A stretch of 64,000 nt of DNA. Source: Burkholderiales bacterium. GTDB taxonomy: Bacteria; Pseudomonadota; Gammaproteobacteria; Burkholderiales; Burkholderiaceae_F. Shown here one piece after another: positions 10,345 through 21,665 of this stretch (its first letter is position 1; each line of letters opens with the position of its first letter). The DNA lies in NCBI GenBank assembly GCA_900290295.1, contig OMSW01000112.1:48353-112352 (forward strand), read 5' to 3'. The notes below the pieces were generated by a model. It saw only the letters and a program-made list of their open reading frames with translations, did not search any database and was not told where the DNA came from. A program made the translations under genes and the position numbers.

Positions 10345-11550
10345 ATGACAGTTCTTACTCTGGATTCCCTTTGCAAGCAGGGCCTGCTGCGCGGCAAGCG
10401 GGTGTTCATTCGTTCCGACCTTAACGTGCCGCAGGATGAGCAGGGCAATGTCACCGAGGACACCCGCATCCGCGCCTCGGTGCCGGCGATCCGAGCCGCG
10501 CTTGCCGCCGGTGCGGCGGTGATGGTCACATCGCACCTGGGTCGGCCAACCGAGGGCACCATGACGCCCGCAGATTCCTTGGCCCCCGTTGCCGCGCGCT
10601 TGTCCGAGCTCCTTGGCCGTCCGGTGCCGCTCATCGCAAACTGGGTCGACGGGGTCTCGGTGGCCCCGGGCCAGGTGGTGCTGTTGGAGAACTGCCGCGT
10701 CAACAAGGGCGAGAAGAAGGATAGCGAGGAGTTGGCGCGCAAGATGGCAGCGCTCTGTGACGTGTATGTCAACGACGCCTTTGGTACCGCACACCGTGCG
10801 GAGGCAAGCACCCATGGCATCGCCCGATTCGCCCCGGTGGCCTGTGCCGGGCCGCTGCTTGCGGCGGAGCTCGATGCACTTGGCCGGGCCTTGGGCGAAC
10901 CCAAGCGGCCGCTGGTTGCCATTGTCGCCGGCTCAAAGGTTTCCACCAAGCTGACGATACTCAATAACCTGGCAAAGAAGGTCGACCGTCTCATCGTCGG
11001 GGGTGGCATCGCGAATACCTTCCTGCTGGCCGCCGGCTTGCCGATTGGCAAATCCCTTGCCGAGGCCGACCTTGTGTCCGAGTGCAAAAAGGTGATCGAC
11101 ACCCTGCAAAAGAAGGGGGCCACGCTGCCGCTGCCGATGGACGTGGTCGTGGCCACGCGTTTTGCCGCCGACGCCCCGGCGCAGGTGCGGCGCGCCGACG
11201 ACGTGCGGGCCGATGAAATGATTCTGGACGTCGGGCCGCAAACCTCCGCGCATCTTGCGCGCATCGTCGAGCAGGCGGGGACGATCATCTGGAACGGCCC
11301 ATTGGGCGTCTTCGAGTTTGACGCATTTTCCCAGGGTACGCATGATCTGGCTCTGGCGGTTGCCAGCGCAACCGCGCAGGGTGCCTTTTCGATTGCCGGC
11401 GGCGGAGATACCCTGGCCGCGATCGCCAAGTACGGCATAGCCGATCGCGTCAGCTACATATCGACCGGTGGCGGGGCGTTCCTCGAATTCCTCGAGGGTA
11501 AACCACTGCCCGCCGTGGCGGTGTTGGAGGAGCGTGCTGCTGCGCGCTGA
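10345..11550 (+). CDS. pgk: Phosphoglycerate kinase
   Basis: [35 protein letters not shown]. Confidence 0.97.
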   Translation: MTVLTLDSLCKQGLLRGKRVFIRSDLNVPQDEQGNVTEDTRIRASVPAIRAALAAGAAVMVTSHLGRPTEGTMTPADSLAPVAARLSELLGRPVPLIANWVDGVSVAPGQVVLLENCRVNKGEKKDSEELARKMAALCDVYVNDAFGTAHRAEASTHGIARFAPVACAGPLLAAELDALGRALGEPKRPLVAIVAGSKVSTKLTILNNLAKKVDRLIVGGGIANTFLLAAGLPIGKSLAEADLVSECKKVIDTLQKKGATLPLPMDVVVATRFAADAPAQVRRADDVRADEMILDVGPQTSAHLARIVEQAGTIIWNGPLGVFEFDAFSQGTHDLALAVASATAQGAFSIAGGGDTLAAIAKYGIADRVSYISTGGGAFLEFLEGKPLPAVAVLEERAAAR

Positions 11551-11627
11551 CACGGAGACGGCTAGCGAACGAACAGACTGCGGCGCGCGATTGCCGCAAG
11601 CGCGGAAGGTTTTGAAAGGAGACGAAA

Positions 11628-12692
11628 ATGGCCCTGATTTCAATGCGTCAATTGCTCGACCATGCTGCGGAACACGTGTATGGGGTTCCGGCATTCAACG
11701 TCAACAACCTCGAACAGGTGCAGGCGATCATGGAGGCGGCCGCGTCCGTGGATTCGCCGGTCATCATGCAGGCGTCGGCCGGCGCCCGCAAATACACCGG
11801 TGAGTTTTTTCTGCGCCACCTGATTGAAGCCGCGATCGAGACGTATCCGAAGATTCCGGTCGCGATGCATCAGGATCATGGCCAGTCGCCGGCCGTTTGT
11901 GAATCGGCGATGCGGCTGGGTTTCTCCTCGGTCATGATGGACGGATCATTGAAGGAAGATGGCAAGAGCGTCGCCGATTACGAATACAACTGGCAAGTGA
12001 CCAAGAAGGTGGTCGATACCGCGCACGCGCAGGGCGTAAGCGTCGAGGGCGAGCTGGGGTGCCTGGGATCGCTGGAGACGATGGAAGGCGAGAAGGAGGA
12101 CGGCCACGGTGCCGAGGGCAAGATGACGCGCGAGATGCTGCTGACGGATCCGGACCAGGCGGCGGATTTCGTGCGCCGTACCCAGCTCGACTCCCTGGCC
12201 ATTGCCATCGGCACCTCGCACGGCGCCTACAAATTCTCACGCAAGCCAACCGGGGACATCCTGGCGATCGACCGCATCAAGCAGATCCACGCTAGGATTC
12301 CCACCACCCACCTGGTCATGCATGGTTCGTCCAGCGTTCCGCAGGATCTGCTTGCGGTGATTCGGGAATTCGGCGGAGAGATGAAGGAGACCTACGGCGT
12401 GCCGGTCGAGGAGATTCAGGTAGCCATCAAGTTTGGCGTTCGCAAGATCAACATTGATACCGATATTCGCCTGGCGATGACCGCGGCGGTGCGCAAGTAC
12501 TTGGCGCAGAATCCGTCCAAGTTTGATCCACGCGACTTTCTCAAGCCCGCGCGCGAGGCGGCCAAAGCGCTCGTCAAGGAGCGTTATGTGCAATTCGGCT
12601 GCGAGGGTATGGCGTCGAAGCTCGTCGCCATGCCGCTGCAGAAGATGGCGCAGCGCTACCGCGCCGGCGAGCTCGCGCAGCACATCCGTTGA
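11628..12692 (+). CDS. fba: Class II fructose-bisphosphate aldolase
   Basis: [45 protein letters not shown]. Confidence 0.97.
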   Translation: MALISMRQLLDHAAEHVYGVPAFNVNNLEQVQAIMEAAASVDSPVIMQASAGARKYTGEFFLRHLIEAAIETYPKIPVAMHQDHGQSPAVCESAMRLGFSSVMMDGSLKEDGKSVADYEYNWQVTKKVVDTAHAQGVSVEGELGCLGSLETMEGEKEDGHGAEGKMTREMLLTDPDQAADFVRRTQLDSLAIAIGTSHGAYKFSRKPTGDILAIDRIKQIHARIPTTHLVMHGSSSVPQDLLAVIREFGGEMKETYGVPVEEIQVAIKFGVRKINIDTDIRLAMTAAVRKYLAQNPSKFDPRDFLKPAREAAKALVKERYVQFGCEGMASKLVAMPLQKMAQRYRAGELAQHIR

Positions 12693-12700
12693 CGCTCGGG

Positions 12701-13120
12701 ATGCACCCGGACTCGCCCATGCAAAGCCCTTCTGCCCCCGGCGATAGCCGGGCGCTGAAGGGCAAGCGCGGCCTGCAACGGGTCTTGAATGCCTTTCGCT
12801 ATTCCTACGACGGTTTTGTTGCGGCCTGGGCCGAGGAAGACGCCTTTCGCCAGGAGTTGCTCCTGGCGGTGGTTATGGTCCCGACTGCGTCGCTGCTGCC
12901 GGTAAGCCTGGTCGAGCGATTGCTGATGATCGCCGTGGTGGTCCTGGTCCTGATCGTCGAAATCGTCAACACCGCGATCGAGGCGGCGATCGACCGCCAA
13001 AGCTTCGAGATCAATCCCTTGGCCAAGCGAGCCAAGGACCTGGGCAGCGCTGCAGTGATGCTGTCGCTGCTGCTTGCCGGTGGCGTCTGGCTGTCCGTGC
13101 TTTGGGCACGCTTCGGGTGA
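12701..13120 (+). CDS. dgkA: Diacylglycerol kinase
   Basis: [34 protein letters not shown]; start may be 12701 or 12719. Confidence 0.92.
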   Translation: MHPDSPMQSPSAPGDSRALKGKRGLQRVLNAFRYSYDGFVAAWAEEDAFRQELLLAVVMVPTASLLPVSLVERLLMIAVVVLVLIVEIVNTAIEAAIDRQSFEINPLAKRAKDLGSAAVMLSLLLAGGVWLSVLWARFG

Positions 13121-13152
13121 CTCCGATCCAGGCCGCAGCCGGGTCCGTGGTC

Positions 13153-14085
13153 ATGCCGGCGCCAATGCTCCAGTCCCACCTGAGTTCGCTGCCGCTGGTC
13201 TACCGCGGCAAGGTGCGTGATACCTACGCGGTCGGAGAGGATCGTCTACTGATTGTCACGACAGACCGGATTTCGGCGTTTGACGTCGTTATGCGCGAGC
13301 CGATTCCGGGCAAGGGACACGTGCTCAACGCGATGTCCAACTTCTGGTTCAAGCGTTTGGCTGCGCTGGTGCCGAACCACCTGACCGGAATCGATCCGAC
13401 AACGCTCGTCCCGGAGCAGGAGCGCAGCCAGGTGGAGGGCCGCGCGGTTGTGGCGCGGCGACTCACCCCCTTGCCCATAGAAGCGGTGGTGCGGGGCTAT
13501 CTGATCGGCTCGGGCTGGAGCGATTACTGCCGTAGCGGAGAGGTCTGTGGCATACGCTTGCCCGGCGGGCTCCAGCAGGCGCAGCAACTGGCCGAGCCGC
13601 TGTTTACTCCTGCCCGCAAGGCCGAGCTAGGGGAGCACGATGAGAACATTACCTATGAGCGGGTATGCGAACGTATCGGCCGCGAGCTCGCAGAACGCGT
13701 TCGTGATTTCTCGCTGCGCCTGTACCGGCATGCGTCCGATATCGCGCGCCGGCGAGGGATCCTTATCGCCGACACGAAATTCGAGTTCGGACTGGACCGC
13801 AGCGGCGAATTGCGCCTGATGGACGAAGTGCTCACTCCGGATTCCTCGCGTTTCTGGCCGGCGGACCAATACCGCGTGGGGATTTCACCACCGAGTTTCG
13901 ATAAGCAGTTTCTTCGTGACTGGCTGCAGCAGCAGCACTGGGACAGGACGCCGCCGCCGCCGTCGCTGCCGCAGGACATCATTGAGAAGACCGCCGCGCG
14001 CTATCGCGAGGCGCTGGAACGACTCGTCACAGGTGATGGCATGGAGCAAGCTCTCGAACACTTGCCGGGGCAGTCGCGGTGGTAA
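13153..14085 (+). CDS. purC: Phosphoribosylaminoimidazole-succinocarboxamide synthase
   Basis: [34 protein letters not shown]. Confidence 0.95.
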   Translation: MPAPMLQSHLSSLPLVYRGKVRDTYAVGEDRLLIVTTDRISAFDVVMREPIPGKGHVLNAMSNFWFKRLAALVPNHLTGIDPTTLVPEQERSQVEGRAVVARRLTPLPIEAVVRGYLIGSGWSDYCRSGEVCGIRLPGGLQQAQQLAEPLFTPARKAELGEHDENITYERVCERIGRELAERVRDFSLRLYRHASDIARRRGILIADTKFEFGLDRSGELRLMDEVLTPDSSRFWPADQYRVGISPPSFDKQFLRDWLQQQHWDRTPPPPSLPQDIIEKTAARYREALERLVTGDGMEQALEHLPGQSRW

Positions 14086-14576
14086 GCCGAAATCCAGCCC
14101 TGGTCGGCGTCGTGATGGGCTCCGAATCCGACTGGGACACAATGAAGCACGCCTGCGAGCTTTTGCAGGAGTTTGGGGTTGTCTTTGAGGCGCGCGTGAT
14201 TTCGGCCCATCGCATGCCCGACGACATGTTCGCCTACGCCGAGGGCGCCCGCGAACGGGGACTGCGCATCATCATTGCCGGCGCGGGCGGAGCGGCGCAT
14301 CTTCCCGGGATGCTGGCCTCCAAGACGCTGATCCCCGTGCTCGGGGTGCCCGTGCCATCGCGCTACCTGCGCGGGGAGGACAGCCTGTTGTCCATCGTTC
14401 AGATGCCCAAAGGAATCCCGGTTGCGACGTTTGCCATCGGCGAGGCTGGCGCGGCCAATGCGGCCCTGTTCGCCATTTCTACCTTGGCGCTGGATGATCC
14501 CGTGCTTGTGATGAAGCTTGCCCAGTATCGCGCGACCCAGGGCGAAAAGGCACGCAACATGACCTTGCCATTGTGA
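14079..14576 (+). CDS. purE: N5-CAIR mutase
   Basis: [29 protein letters not shown]. Confidence 0.96.
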   Translation: MVSRNPALVGVVMGSESDWDTMKHACELLQEFGVVFEARVISAHRMPDDMFAYAEGARERGLRIIIAGAGGAAHLPGMLASKTLIPVLGVPVPSRYLRGEDSLLSIVQMPKGIPVATFAIGEAGAANAALFAISTLALDDPVLVMKLAQYRATQGEKARNMTLPL

Positions 14577-15769
14577 CCGGCCGCCAGAGCCAAAGGCCTG
14601 TTGCACCCGGGAATTGGCTTGGCGTCCTCGGTGGCGGTCAGCTGGGGCGCATGTTCTGCCTGGCGGCTCAGTCCATGGGCTACCGCGTGTGCGTTCTGGA
14701 TCCGACGGGCGGGGGACCGGCCGGGTCAGTGGCCGAACGCCAGATCGTTGCCGCCTACGATGATCCAGCGGCGCTCGCGCAGTTGGGAAGACTTTGTGCG
14801 GCGGTAACCACCGAATTCGAGAACGTACCGGCGCAGAGCCTGGCGCTGTTGCGCCGCCACTGTCCCGTTCGTCCGCATGCCGAGGCGGTTGCCGTCGCTC
14901 AGGACCGGATTGCGGAGAAGCGCTTCCTGCGCTCCTGCGCTGTCGACGTCGCTCCACACGCGGTCATCAGCGCCACGGTCGATCTGCATGCGCTCGATGC
15001 GACCTTGTTCCCCGGGATCTTGAAGACGGCACGCCTGGGTTATGACGGCAAGGGGCAGGTCGACGTCGGCGATCCGGCTGGCCTGAACGCGGCCTGGCAG
15101 CATCTGCAGGCGGTCGATTGTGTGTTCGAACAGCGGCTGCCATTGCGCCGCGAGCTGTCGATAATCGTCTCGCGCGGGTGCGATGGGTCGACCGTCGTTT
15201 TCCCGCCGAGCGAGAATGAGCATCGCAACGGCATACTTGCGGTCGCGATATTGCCGGCGCGCATCGATCCCGCCCAGGCGGAGCGGGTGCGCGCGATCGC
15301 CATTCGCATTGCCGACGGCCTCGAATACGTCGGTGTATTGTGCGTGGAGATGTTCGAGCTTGCCGATGGACGGCTGTTGGTCAATGAGATCGCGCCGCGT
15401 CCGCACAACAGTGGCCACGCGACGATCGATGCCTGCGTCAGCAGTCAATTTGAACAGCAGGCGCGCGCCTTGGCGGGCATGCCGCTGGGCGAATCCCGGA
15501 TGCTTGCCCCGTCGGTCATGCTGAATTTGCTCGGTGATCTTTGGTTCCGCAGCGACGGGCGTCAGTACGAGCCCGCCTTCGATCGCGTCCTGGCCGTGCC
15601 CGGCGCGTGCCTACACCTGTATGGCAAAAGCGAGGCGCGTCCCGGTCGGAAGATGGGCCATGTGACCGTGGTCGGCAAGTCGATCGAAGGTGCGCTCGAG
15701 GGCGCCGGCCGGGTCGCCGCTGCCCTCCACCTGGATCCCCCCCGCTCCCTGGTGCGGTCGCCGGGGTGA
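14573..15769 (+). CDS. purK: N5-CAIR synthase
   Basis: [36 protein letters not shown]...RKMGH. Confidence 0.96.
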   Translation: MTGRQSQRPVAPGNWLGVLGGGQLGRMFCLAAQSMGYRVCVLDPTGGGPAGSVAERQIVAAYDDPAALAQLGRLCAAVTTEFENVPAQSLALLRRHCPVRPHAEAVAVAQDRIAEKRFLRSCAVDVAPHAVISATVDLHALDATLFPGILKTARLGYDGKGQVDVGDPAGLNAAWQHLQAVDCVFEQRLPLRRELSIIVSRGCDGSTVVFPPSENEHRNGILAVAILPARIDPAQAERVRAIAIRIADGLEYVGVLCVEMFELADGRLLVNEIAPRPHNSGHATIDACVSSQFEQQARALAGMPLGESRMLAPSVMLNLLGDLWFRSDGRQYEPAFDRVLAVPGACLHLYGKSEARPGRKMGHVTVVGKSIEGALEGAGRVAAALHLDPPRSLVRSPG

Positions 15770-16830
15770 TGGGGAGGAACGGCGTGCTTGGGACCCGCAA
15801 GGACGTCGACGCGGCGCAGGTGCGACGCGCGGTCGAGGTTCTGATGCGTGGCGGCTTGGTCGCGTTTCCTACGGAGACGGTTTACGGATTGGGCGCCGAT
15901 GCCGATTGGCCGGACGCCGTCGCCGCGATATTCCGTGCCAAGGGTCGGCCCCGCGCGCATCCGCTCATCATCCACGTGGCGCAGGCGGGTGCCGCCGAGC
16001 GCTGGGCGCGGGAGATTCCGCCGTCCGCACGTGTGCTGATGTATCAATTCTGGCCGGGTCCGCTCACCTTGATATTGCCGCGTTCGCCGCGTGCGACCGA
16101 CCTCATCACCGGTGGCCAAGATACCGTGGGCGTGCGTTGCCCGGCGGATCCCTGGGCGCAGTCCTTGCTACACGCTTTTTGCGCCGCGCGTGGCGATGAT
16201 GCGGCCGCGATCGCCGCGCCGAGCGCGAACCGATATGGTCGCATCAGCCCGACCTGCGCGGAGCATGTTCGCGCCGACCTCGGGGAGAAACCCGACGGGA
16301 TGGTCGATTTTATCCTCGACGGTGGTGTCAGCGCGCTTGGAATCGAGTCGACCATTGTCGATTTTGCCGTGGGCGAGGCGCGCATCTTGCGACCGGGTTC
16401 GATCGGGCGCGAGCGGATCGGCGCCGCCCTCGGCAGTGCCGTTCGAATTGGCGCGGATACCGATTGCGCACCTCGTACCCCCGGCCGCGCTGCCGGTCAT
16501 TACGCCCCGCGCAAGCCGCTGGAACTGGTCGCAGCTACTGACCTGGCAGTGCGGGCGGCTGCGCTGCGGCCCTTGCCGCTGGGGGTGATGGCGCCACCCG
16601 GCGCACTGGTGCCGCTATTGGCCGACAACGTGGTCATGCGCCTGACGGCCGCCACCGCACCGCAGGACTATGCCCATTTCCTCTACGACCGGTTGCGCCA
16701 ACTCGATGCCAGCGCGGCCGAGCGGCTCCTGGTTGTCGTTCCGCCGTCCGGAGAGCTTTGGGAGGCAATACATGATCGGCTGCGGCGCGCGGCGGCCGGC
16801 AGCGATAGCCGAATTCCTGAGGCGGATTGA
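15769..16830 (+). CDS. tsaC: L-threonylcarbamoyladenylate synthase (Sua5 type)
   Basis: FPTETVYGLGA, KGRP..HPLI.H, AAPSAN, GIESTI, HYAP; start reassigned to ATG overlapping the purK stop. Confidence 0.92.
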   Translation: MGRNGVLGTRKDVDAAQVRRAVEVLMRGGLVAFPTETVYGLGADADWPDAVAAIFRAKGRPRAHPLIIHVAQAGAAERWAREIPPSARVLMYQFWPGPLTLILPRSPRATDLITGGQDTVGVRCPADPWAQSLLHAFCAARGDDAAAIAAPSANRYGRISPTCAEHVRADLGEKPDGMVDFILDGGVSALGIESTIVDFAVGEARILRPGSIGRERIGAALGSAVRIGADTDCAPRTPGRAAGHYAPRKPLELVAATDLAVRAAALRPLPLGVMAPPGALVPLLADNVVMRLTAATAPQDYAHFLYDRLRQLDASAAERLLVVVPPSGELWEAIHDRLRRAAAGSDSRIPEAD

Positions 16831-16851
16831 GTTCTTCGTGGACCATTGGGT

Positions 16852-17109
16852 TCATGGGTCGAAGGTCAATTTCATTCCCAGTATGAAAAGCGCCAGAACA
16901 AGGGTGATCGTATTGGCGATGATCAGCGGCCATGCGCCCAGGACAATTCCATAGCAAAGCCACAATGCGACACCGAGGGTGAAAATCGACACCATGCCGA
17001 GCGAGATGCCACCGGCACGGCGCGTTCTCCAGGTATGGAGCGCTTGCGGCACAAACGAAGCGGTTGTCAGCATTGCCGCAACATAGCCGAGAACGTCAGT
17101 AAATCGCAT
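16852..17109 (-). CDS. SemiSWEET/PQ-loop sugar transporter
   Basis: 85 aa, three TM helices; LTT.SFVPQ, GISL.M, LWL.YG, PLIIAN. Confidence 0.9.
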   Translation of the reverse strand: MRFTDVLGYVAAMLTTASFVPQALHTWRTRRAGGISLGMVSIFTLGVALWLCYGIVLGAWPLIIANTITLVLALFILGMKLTFDP

Positions 17110-17277
17110 CGAGGTTGCAGAAACGGTCGCAAACGGTCCGATTAGAACACGCGCCGGACCGGCAGTGCCTGCCGGGCGCAGACAGGGGAGCACAATCGAG
17201 CGCCCGGGCACGCAAGAAACAGATGCGGGGATGGCCTGCTACCGGCCGATGGCACCGGCCGTGGGGAAGGAGGGAAC

Positions 17278-18066
17278 GTGTACCAAACGCTTAGCATTGA
17301 GCGCAACGCGGCGATCGCGACGATCTGGATGAACCGTCCGGAAGTGCACAATGCCTTCAACGAGATCCTGATCGAGGAGCTCGACTCGGCCAGCCGTGCC
17401 CTGGAGGCAGACTCGTCCATCCGGATCGTGATTGTTGCGGGGCGGGGTCGCAACTTTTGCGCCGGTGCCGATCTGCACTGGATGGGCCGCGCGGCCGCCG
17501 CGACCATGGAAGATAATCTACAGGACGCACGGCGTTTTGCGGGCATGTTGCGCCAGCTCGCGCGGATGAAAAAGCCGACGCTGGCCCGGGTGCACGGCGC
17601 GGCCCTGGGCGGCGGTGTCGGGCTGGCGGCGGCCTGCGATATTTGCATCGCTGCGCAGGAGGCGAGCTTCGCGATGTCGGAGGTCCGCCTCGGGCTGATT
17701 CCAGCGGTCATCAGCCCATACGTGGTACGCGCAATCGGTCCGCGCCAGGCGCTGCGCTATATGCAAACGGCGGAACGGATCTCGGCAGCGCGTGCGGTCG
17801 AACTCGGCCTAGTCCACGAAGCGGTCGCGGCGGACGAACTGGATTCCCGAGTAAGCACGATCTGCGAGGCGCTTGGTGCCGGCGGACCGATGTCGCAGGC
17901 GGCGGCCAAGGCGCTCGTGGCCGCGGTCGCTGGGAACGAAATCTCGGACGAGCTCATCGATCGCACGGCCCGCGCGATCGCGTTGCAGCGAAGCTCCGAC
18001 GAGGCGCGTGAAGGCATGGCCGCATTCCTGGCCAAAGGCGTGCCGCGGTGGTCGCCGGCGGCATAG
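17278..18066 (+). CDS. Enoyl-CoA hydratase family, methylglutaconyl-CoA hydratase (LiuC)-like
   Basis: NRPEVHNAFN, FCAGADL.WM, GGGVGL, SEVRLGLIPAVISPYV; strong RBS before GTG. Confidence 0.88.
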   Translation: MYQTLSIERNAAIATIWMNRPEVHNAFNEILIEELDSASRALEADSSIRIVIVAGRGRNFCAGADLHWMGRAAAATMEDNLQDARRFAGMLRQLARMKKPTLARVHGAALGGGVGLAAACDICIAAQEASFAMSEVRLGLIPAVISPYVVRAIGPRQALRYMQTAERISAARAVELGLVHEAVAADELDSRVSTICEALGAGGPMSQAAAKALVAAVAGNEISDELIDRTARAIALQRSSDEAREGMAAFLAKGVPRWSPAA

Positions 18067-18092
18067 AAACGCCGGCGCAACCGCGCGAAGGA

Positions 18093-18296
18093 TCAGCCGG
18101 CCCCAAAAAAGGCCTGGATCCCCGTTTGGGGGCGCCCGAGTATGAGGGCGTGGATGTCGTGCGTGCCCTCGTAGGTATTGACGACCTCCAGGTTGAGCAT
18201 GTGCCGGGCAATCCCGAACTCATCGCTGATGCCGTCGGCCCCCAACCTATCGCGCGCCGTGCCGGCGATCTGGAGCGCTTTGCCGCAGGAATTTCT
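18093..18296 (-). pseudogene. gcdH: 3'-terminal remnant of glutaryl-CoA dehydrogenase
   Basis: Minus strand translates [67 protein letters not shown], the GcdH C-terminus; no N-terminal part present. Confidence 0.85.
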
Positions 18297-18356
18297 CCCG
18301 GGTGTGCCTGCTACAGCGTACGGTCTGCGGATCGTGCGCGACCGGGCAACGGCAGA

Positions 18357-18767
18357 TCATTCGCGCATGAATTCAAGCATCTTCTCGCGCACATCACTGG
18401 GGATGACCGTGGCTTCGCGGGTCTGCTGCGACGTGCAGACCGCGATGCGGTTCATCCGCACGCGCTGCTCGCCATCCTTGTCAACGCCCATCGTAAAGCG
18501 CACCGAGGTGCGTCCGACATGCGAGAGGGTGAGCCAGAAATCGACGGTTTCGCCCATTTTCGTGGGCTTGGAAAAAGTCGCCTCCATGCGCACGGTGGGC
18601 AGTGCCAGACCGCGTTCCATGAGAAATTCGTCAAAGCGGATTTCGATGGCCTCGTAAAACCAATCTTCCACCAGCGCGTTGAAGATGTGGAAGTAGTTGG
18701 GATAGAACACCGTTCCCGTGGGGTCACAGTGCGAGAGCCGAATCAGGTACTGCTTTATGAATGTCAT
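18357..18767 (-). CDS. Acyl-CoA thioesterase (4HBT/hotdog family)
   Basis: CDPTGTVFYPNYF motif, LP.V...A.F..P...GE; RBS GGAG; start reassigned to ATG 18767. Confidence 0.88.
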   Translation of the reverse strand: MTFIKQYLIRLSHCDPTGTVFYPNYFHIFNALVEDWFYEAIEIRFDEFLMERGLALPTVRMEATFSKPTKMGETVDFWLTLSHVGRTSVRFTMGVDKDGEQRVRMNRIAVCTSQQTREATVIPSDVREKMLEFMRE

Positions 18768-19081
18768 CGCATTTCTCCACGTGCCGGTTTGCTGGTTTCG
18801 GCCGGCGGCCGCAGTTTCCGGGGCGCGCAGCGCAAGGCATGGCCGGCGCATCGCGGCGCCCCCGCAAGACGGGGAATCCATCCCCTTGTGTCTGGATTTC
18901 GGCATTTCTGAGGGCGGCCTTGAGCGCCGGCAAGGCGGGAATTGCACTGCAAAAACGCGGTCCCGGTTCCGGGCGTAAGCTTGCTGCGTCGTTCGCGAAG
19001 ATTGGCAGATCGACCGCATCAGCGAAGCAGCCGGAGCCGAGCCTTGGTCCGGCCCCTGCCACGACCCGGAAGGAGCCCGCC

Positions 19082-19657
19082 ATGTCAATTCGCCACCCTC
19101 TTGGACCGGTGCCTCGACTGCACTATGCTTTTGCGACACTTGGCGGGGGATGTTTCTGGTGCCTGGAAGCCGTCTTCGAGGAGCTCGATGGGGTCGTCGA
19201 CGTCGAGGCGGGCTACTCCAACGGCACCACTGAGAATCCGGATTATCGTCAGGTGTGCGGCGGCGATACCGGATACGCGGAAGTGGTGCGCATCGAGTTC
19301 GACCCGGCGCGAATCGAATATCGCCAGCTGCTAGACGTGTTTTTCGCAATTCACGATCCGACTACGCCGAACCGTCAGGGAAACGACGTCGGAAGTCAGT
19401 ATCGATCGGCGATCTTTTATCACTCCGAAGAGCAGAAATCGATCGCGACGCAATTTTTGCAGGAAGCGCAGCATCTGTTCGAGGACGACATCGTCACCCA
19501 GCTCGAACCCGTTGACCGCTACGTACGGGCGGAAACGCACCACCAGGAATATTTTCGCCAGAACCCGACACAGGGCTACTGCATGTTCGTGATCGGACCG
19601 AAGGTCGAGAAGTTCCGGCGCGCTTTTGCGCGCATTCGCCGCGCCGGCGTCAGCTGA
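19082..19657 (+). CDS. msrA: Peptide-methionine (S)-S-oxide reductase
   Basis: GGGCFWCLE, HDPTT.NRQGND.G.QYRS, AE..HQ.Y; RBS AAGGAG. Confidence 0.95.
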   Translation: MSIRHPLGPVPRLHYAFATLGGGCFWCLEAVFEELDGVVDVEAGYSNGTTENPDYRQVCGGDTGYAEVVRIEFDPARIEYRQLLDVFFAIHDPTTPNRQGNDVGSQYRSAIFYHSEEQKSIATQFLQEAQHLFEDDIVTQLEPVDRYVRAETHHQEYFRQNPTQGYCMFVIGPKVEKFRRAFARIRRAGVS

Positions 19658-19697
19658 ACGGCGGGGCGCGCGGCATCCGGCTCTGGCAGCTTGCGCG

Positions 19698-21653
19698 CTA
19701 CTGCTGCCGCGCACGCTCGATGATCGCCTGGGTGTTGAGCACGGTCTGCTGCGGCCGGGTGCTTGGGCTGATCGGGCCGATGCGCGCGCGCAGATGTACC
19801 GTGGTGCCTACGTTTGGCGCCGTTTCCAGCTTCAGCTGCGCACCGATCTTCTGAGCACGGTTGCGCATGTTCAGCAGCCCGCGTCCGCCGACCCGCTCCT
19901 CGGCGATACCGCGGCCGTTGTCGGCCACCCGTATATCCAGCGACTGCGCCTCGCCACTGCCTTCGACGGCGAGTGTGACGCGCACGGCACGCGCGCGGCT
20001 GTGCTTGAGTGCGTTCGTCAAGGCTTCCTGAACGATGCGCAAGATGGGCAGGACGACGTCCGGATGCAAACCGATTTCCTCGGGCAATCGGCGTGCATCC
20101 CAGGTCAGCTCCATTCCCGCCGCCCGCAGGCGCGGCTCCATACGGAACCGCAGGTTGCCCAAGGCGGCCGCCAAGTCCGCGTCCTCGGCGGCAAGGGCAT
20201 CGATGGCAAGTCGCATGTCGTCGATCGATTCCCGCAGGATCTGGGCGAACTGTTCGTTGCTAACCGCCCCGCGCTCGACCAGCATCAATGACGACATCAG
20301 CTGTGAACCCAGGCCATCGTGCATGTCCTGCATGATGCGCTGGCGCTCCTGCGCCTCCACCGTGACCCGCTCGCTTGCGCGGAGCCGCTCGAAGTTCCGT
20401 TTCAGCAGTTGCTCGCGCTCGCGCACGCGGGTCTCGAGTTCCGCGCGCGCCGCCTCGGCCTCGCGCAGAATTTTGATGAAACCATCGACCAGCGGCGTGG
20501 CCAATGCCGCAAGCATCAGCGGCCCGGCAAAATTCATTGCCGGCGTACCCTCGAAATTGATCAACCTGGCAACGCTGCCGAAGTCGATCAGGGCCGCCAA
20601 TAGGAGAATGACCGCGGCGATCAGTACCAGCGGGTGCGGTGCCACGAGGCCCTGCGTGCGACGATAAAGGCCGACGCCGGCGGCGATGGCAATGATCAGG
20701 ATCAGGCCCGGTTGCCAGGACAGGCTCAAGTAGGGATCGGCTCCCATCGAACTCGCCAGGGAAAGCACGGGCCCGAGCGCGGCATAGGCCCAGATGAGCC
20801 ACTCCTCGCGCCGACGCGAAAGGGAGGACAGTCGCATCAGCGTCACGGCAAGCGTGGCGCTGAATGCGGCCATTGCCGTCATGCCGGCGAGGCGCACCCA
20901 CAGGCGATACTCCGGCGGGATGATTTCGACCAGCCATGCCGCGCAGTACACGATCCAGCACAGCGCCGCCAGCGCCAGCAACTTCGATATTGCCTCGCGC
21001 CGTCTCCACCATAGTGCGCCAAACACGAGCGCGGTCAACAGGGCAATCGTCGCACCGATCCAAGTCCAGACATACTCAAGAACGAACTGCAACGCATATT
21101 GATTCCAGAGCTCGCTCATCGGGCCGACTTCGATCCCCGCCAAAGCATGCGACCCGGGGCCATAGGAGGTCTCGATGAGCAGTTCGTTGTCGCCTTCGAC
21201 CAGCATGGGCGCATCGATCGCCAGCAATTGCGGGCGCCGCCAGCTGACGTGGCGAGTGGCGCTTTCCGCGGCAATTGCCCCGATGAAATGTCCGTTGACG
21301 CTGAAACGACCGCCTTCGCTCGTGTGCGAGAGCAGCACGGCCCAGGTGCGGTCGGGCACCGCTGATAGCTGAAAGTGCATGCGCATGGCAACGGTATGCA
21401 GCGGCGAGCCTTCCACCGAGGACCAGCGCAGTGGAAGATCAAACGGTGTTCGAGACTCCCCGGTACTTTGTTGGGTCGTTGCCAGAGGGTCGGGCGCGAT
21501 GTACGACCATTCCAGCTTCCGGATGGGAACCGCGCTGGCTGTGGCCATGGCGCCGAACAGCAGGGCCGCGGCCACCAGCAGTGCCTGCCCGATGCGGAGA
21601 ACCAATGCGGGACGGCGGGCGGCGCTAGGCGGCAAGCTCGGGCGTTCCTGCAT
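19698..21653 (-). CDS. Sensor histidine kinase: periplasmic beta-sandwich + multi-TM (7TM-DISM-like) + HisKA_3/HATPase
   Basis: ERQRIMQDMHDGLGSQL H-box, EALTNALKHS, DNGRG, GRGLLNM; about 7 hydrophobic segments after a periplasmic domain. Confidence 0.88.
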   Translation of the reverse strand: MQERPSLPPSAARRPALVLRIGQALLVAAALLFGAMATASAVPIRKLEWSYIAPDPLATTQQSTGESRTPFDLPLRWSSVEGSPLHTVAMRMHFQLSAVPDRTWAVLLSHTSEGGRFSVNGHFIGAIAAESATRHVSWRRPQLLAIDAPMLVEGDNELLIETSYGPGSHALAGIEVGPMSELWNQYALQFVLEYVWTWIGATIALLTALVFGALWWRRREAISKLLALAALCWIVYCAAWLVEIIPPEYRLWVRLAGMTAMAAFSATLAVTLMRLSSLSRRREEWLIWAYAALGPVLSLASSMGADPYLSLSWQPGLILIIAIAAGVGLYRRTQGLVAPHPLVLIAAVILLLAALIDFGSVARLINFEGTPAMNFAGPLMLAALATPLVDGFIKILREAEAARAELETRVREREQLLKRNFERLRASERVTVEAQERQRIMQDMHDGLGSQLMSSLMLVERGAVSNEQFAQILRESIDDMRLAIDALAAEDADLAAALGNLRFRMEPRLRAAGMELTWDARRLPEEIGLHPDVVLPILRIVQEALTNALKHSRARAVRVTLAVEGSGEAQSLDIRVADNGRGIAEERVGGRGLLNMRNRAQKIGAQLKLETAPNVGTTVHLRARIGPISPSTRPQQTVLNTQAIIERARQQ

Positions 21654-21665
21654 GAATCGGTCGAT

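Noticed and set aside
18324-18359. Hairpin after the thioesterase TGA as a SECIS or readthrough signal into the gcdH fragment
   Set aside because: The TGA is at the normal end of a hotdog thioesterase rather than at a catalytic Cys position; in-frame placement has a one-in-three chance and weak hairpins are common in GC-rich DNA
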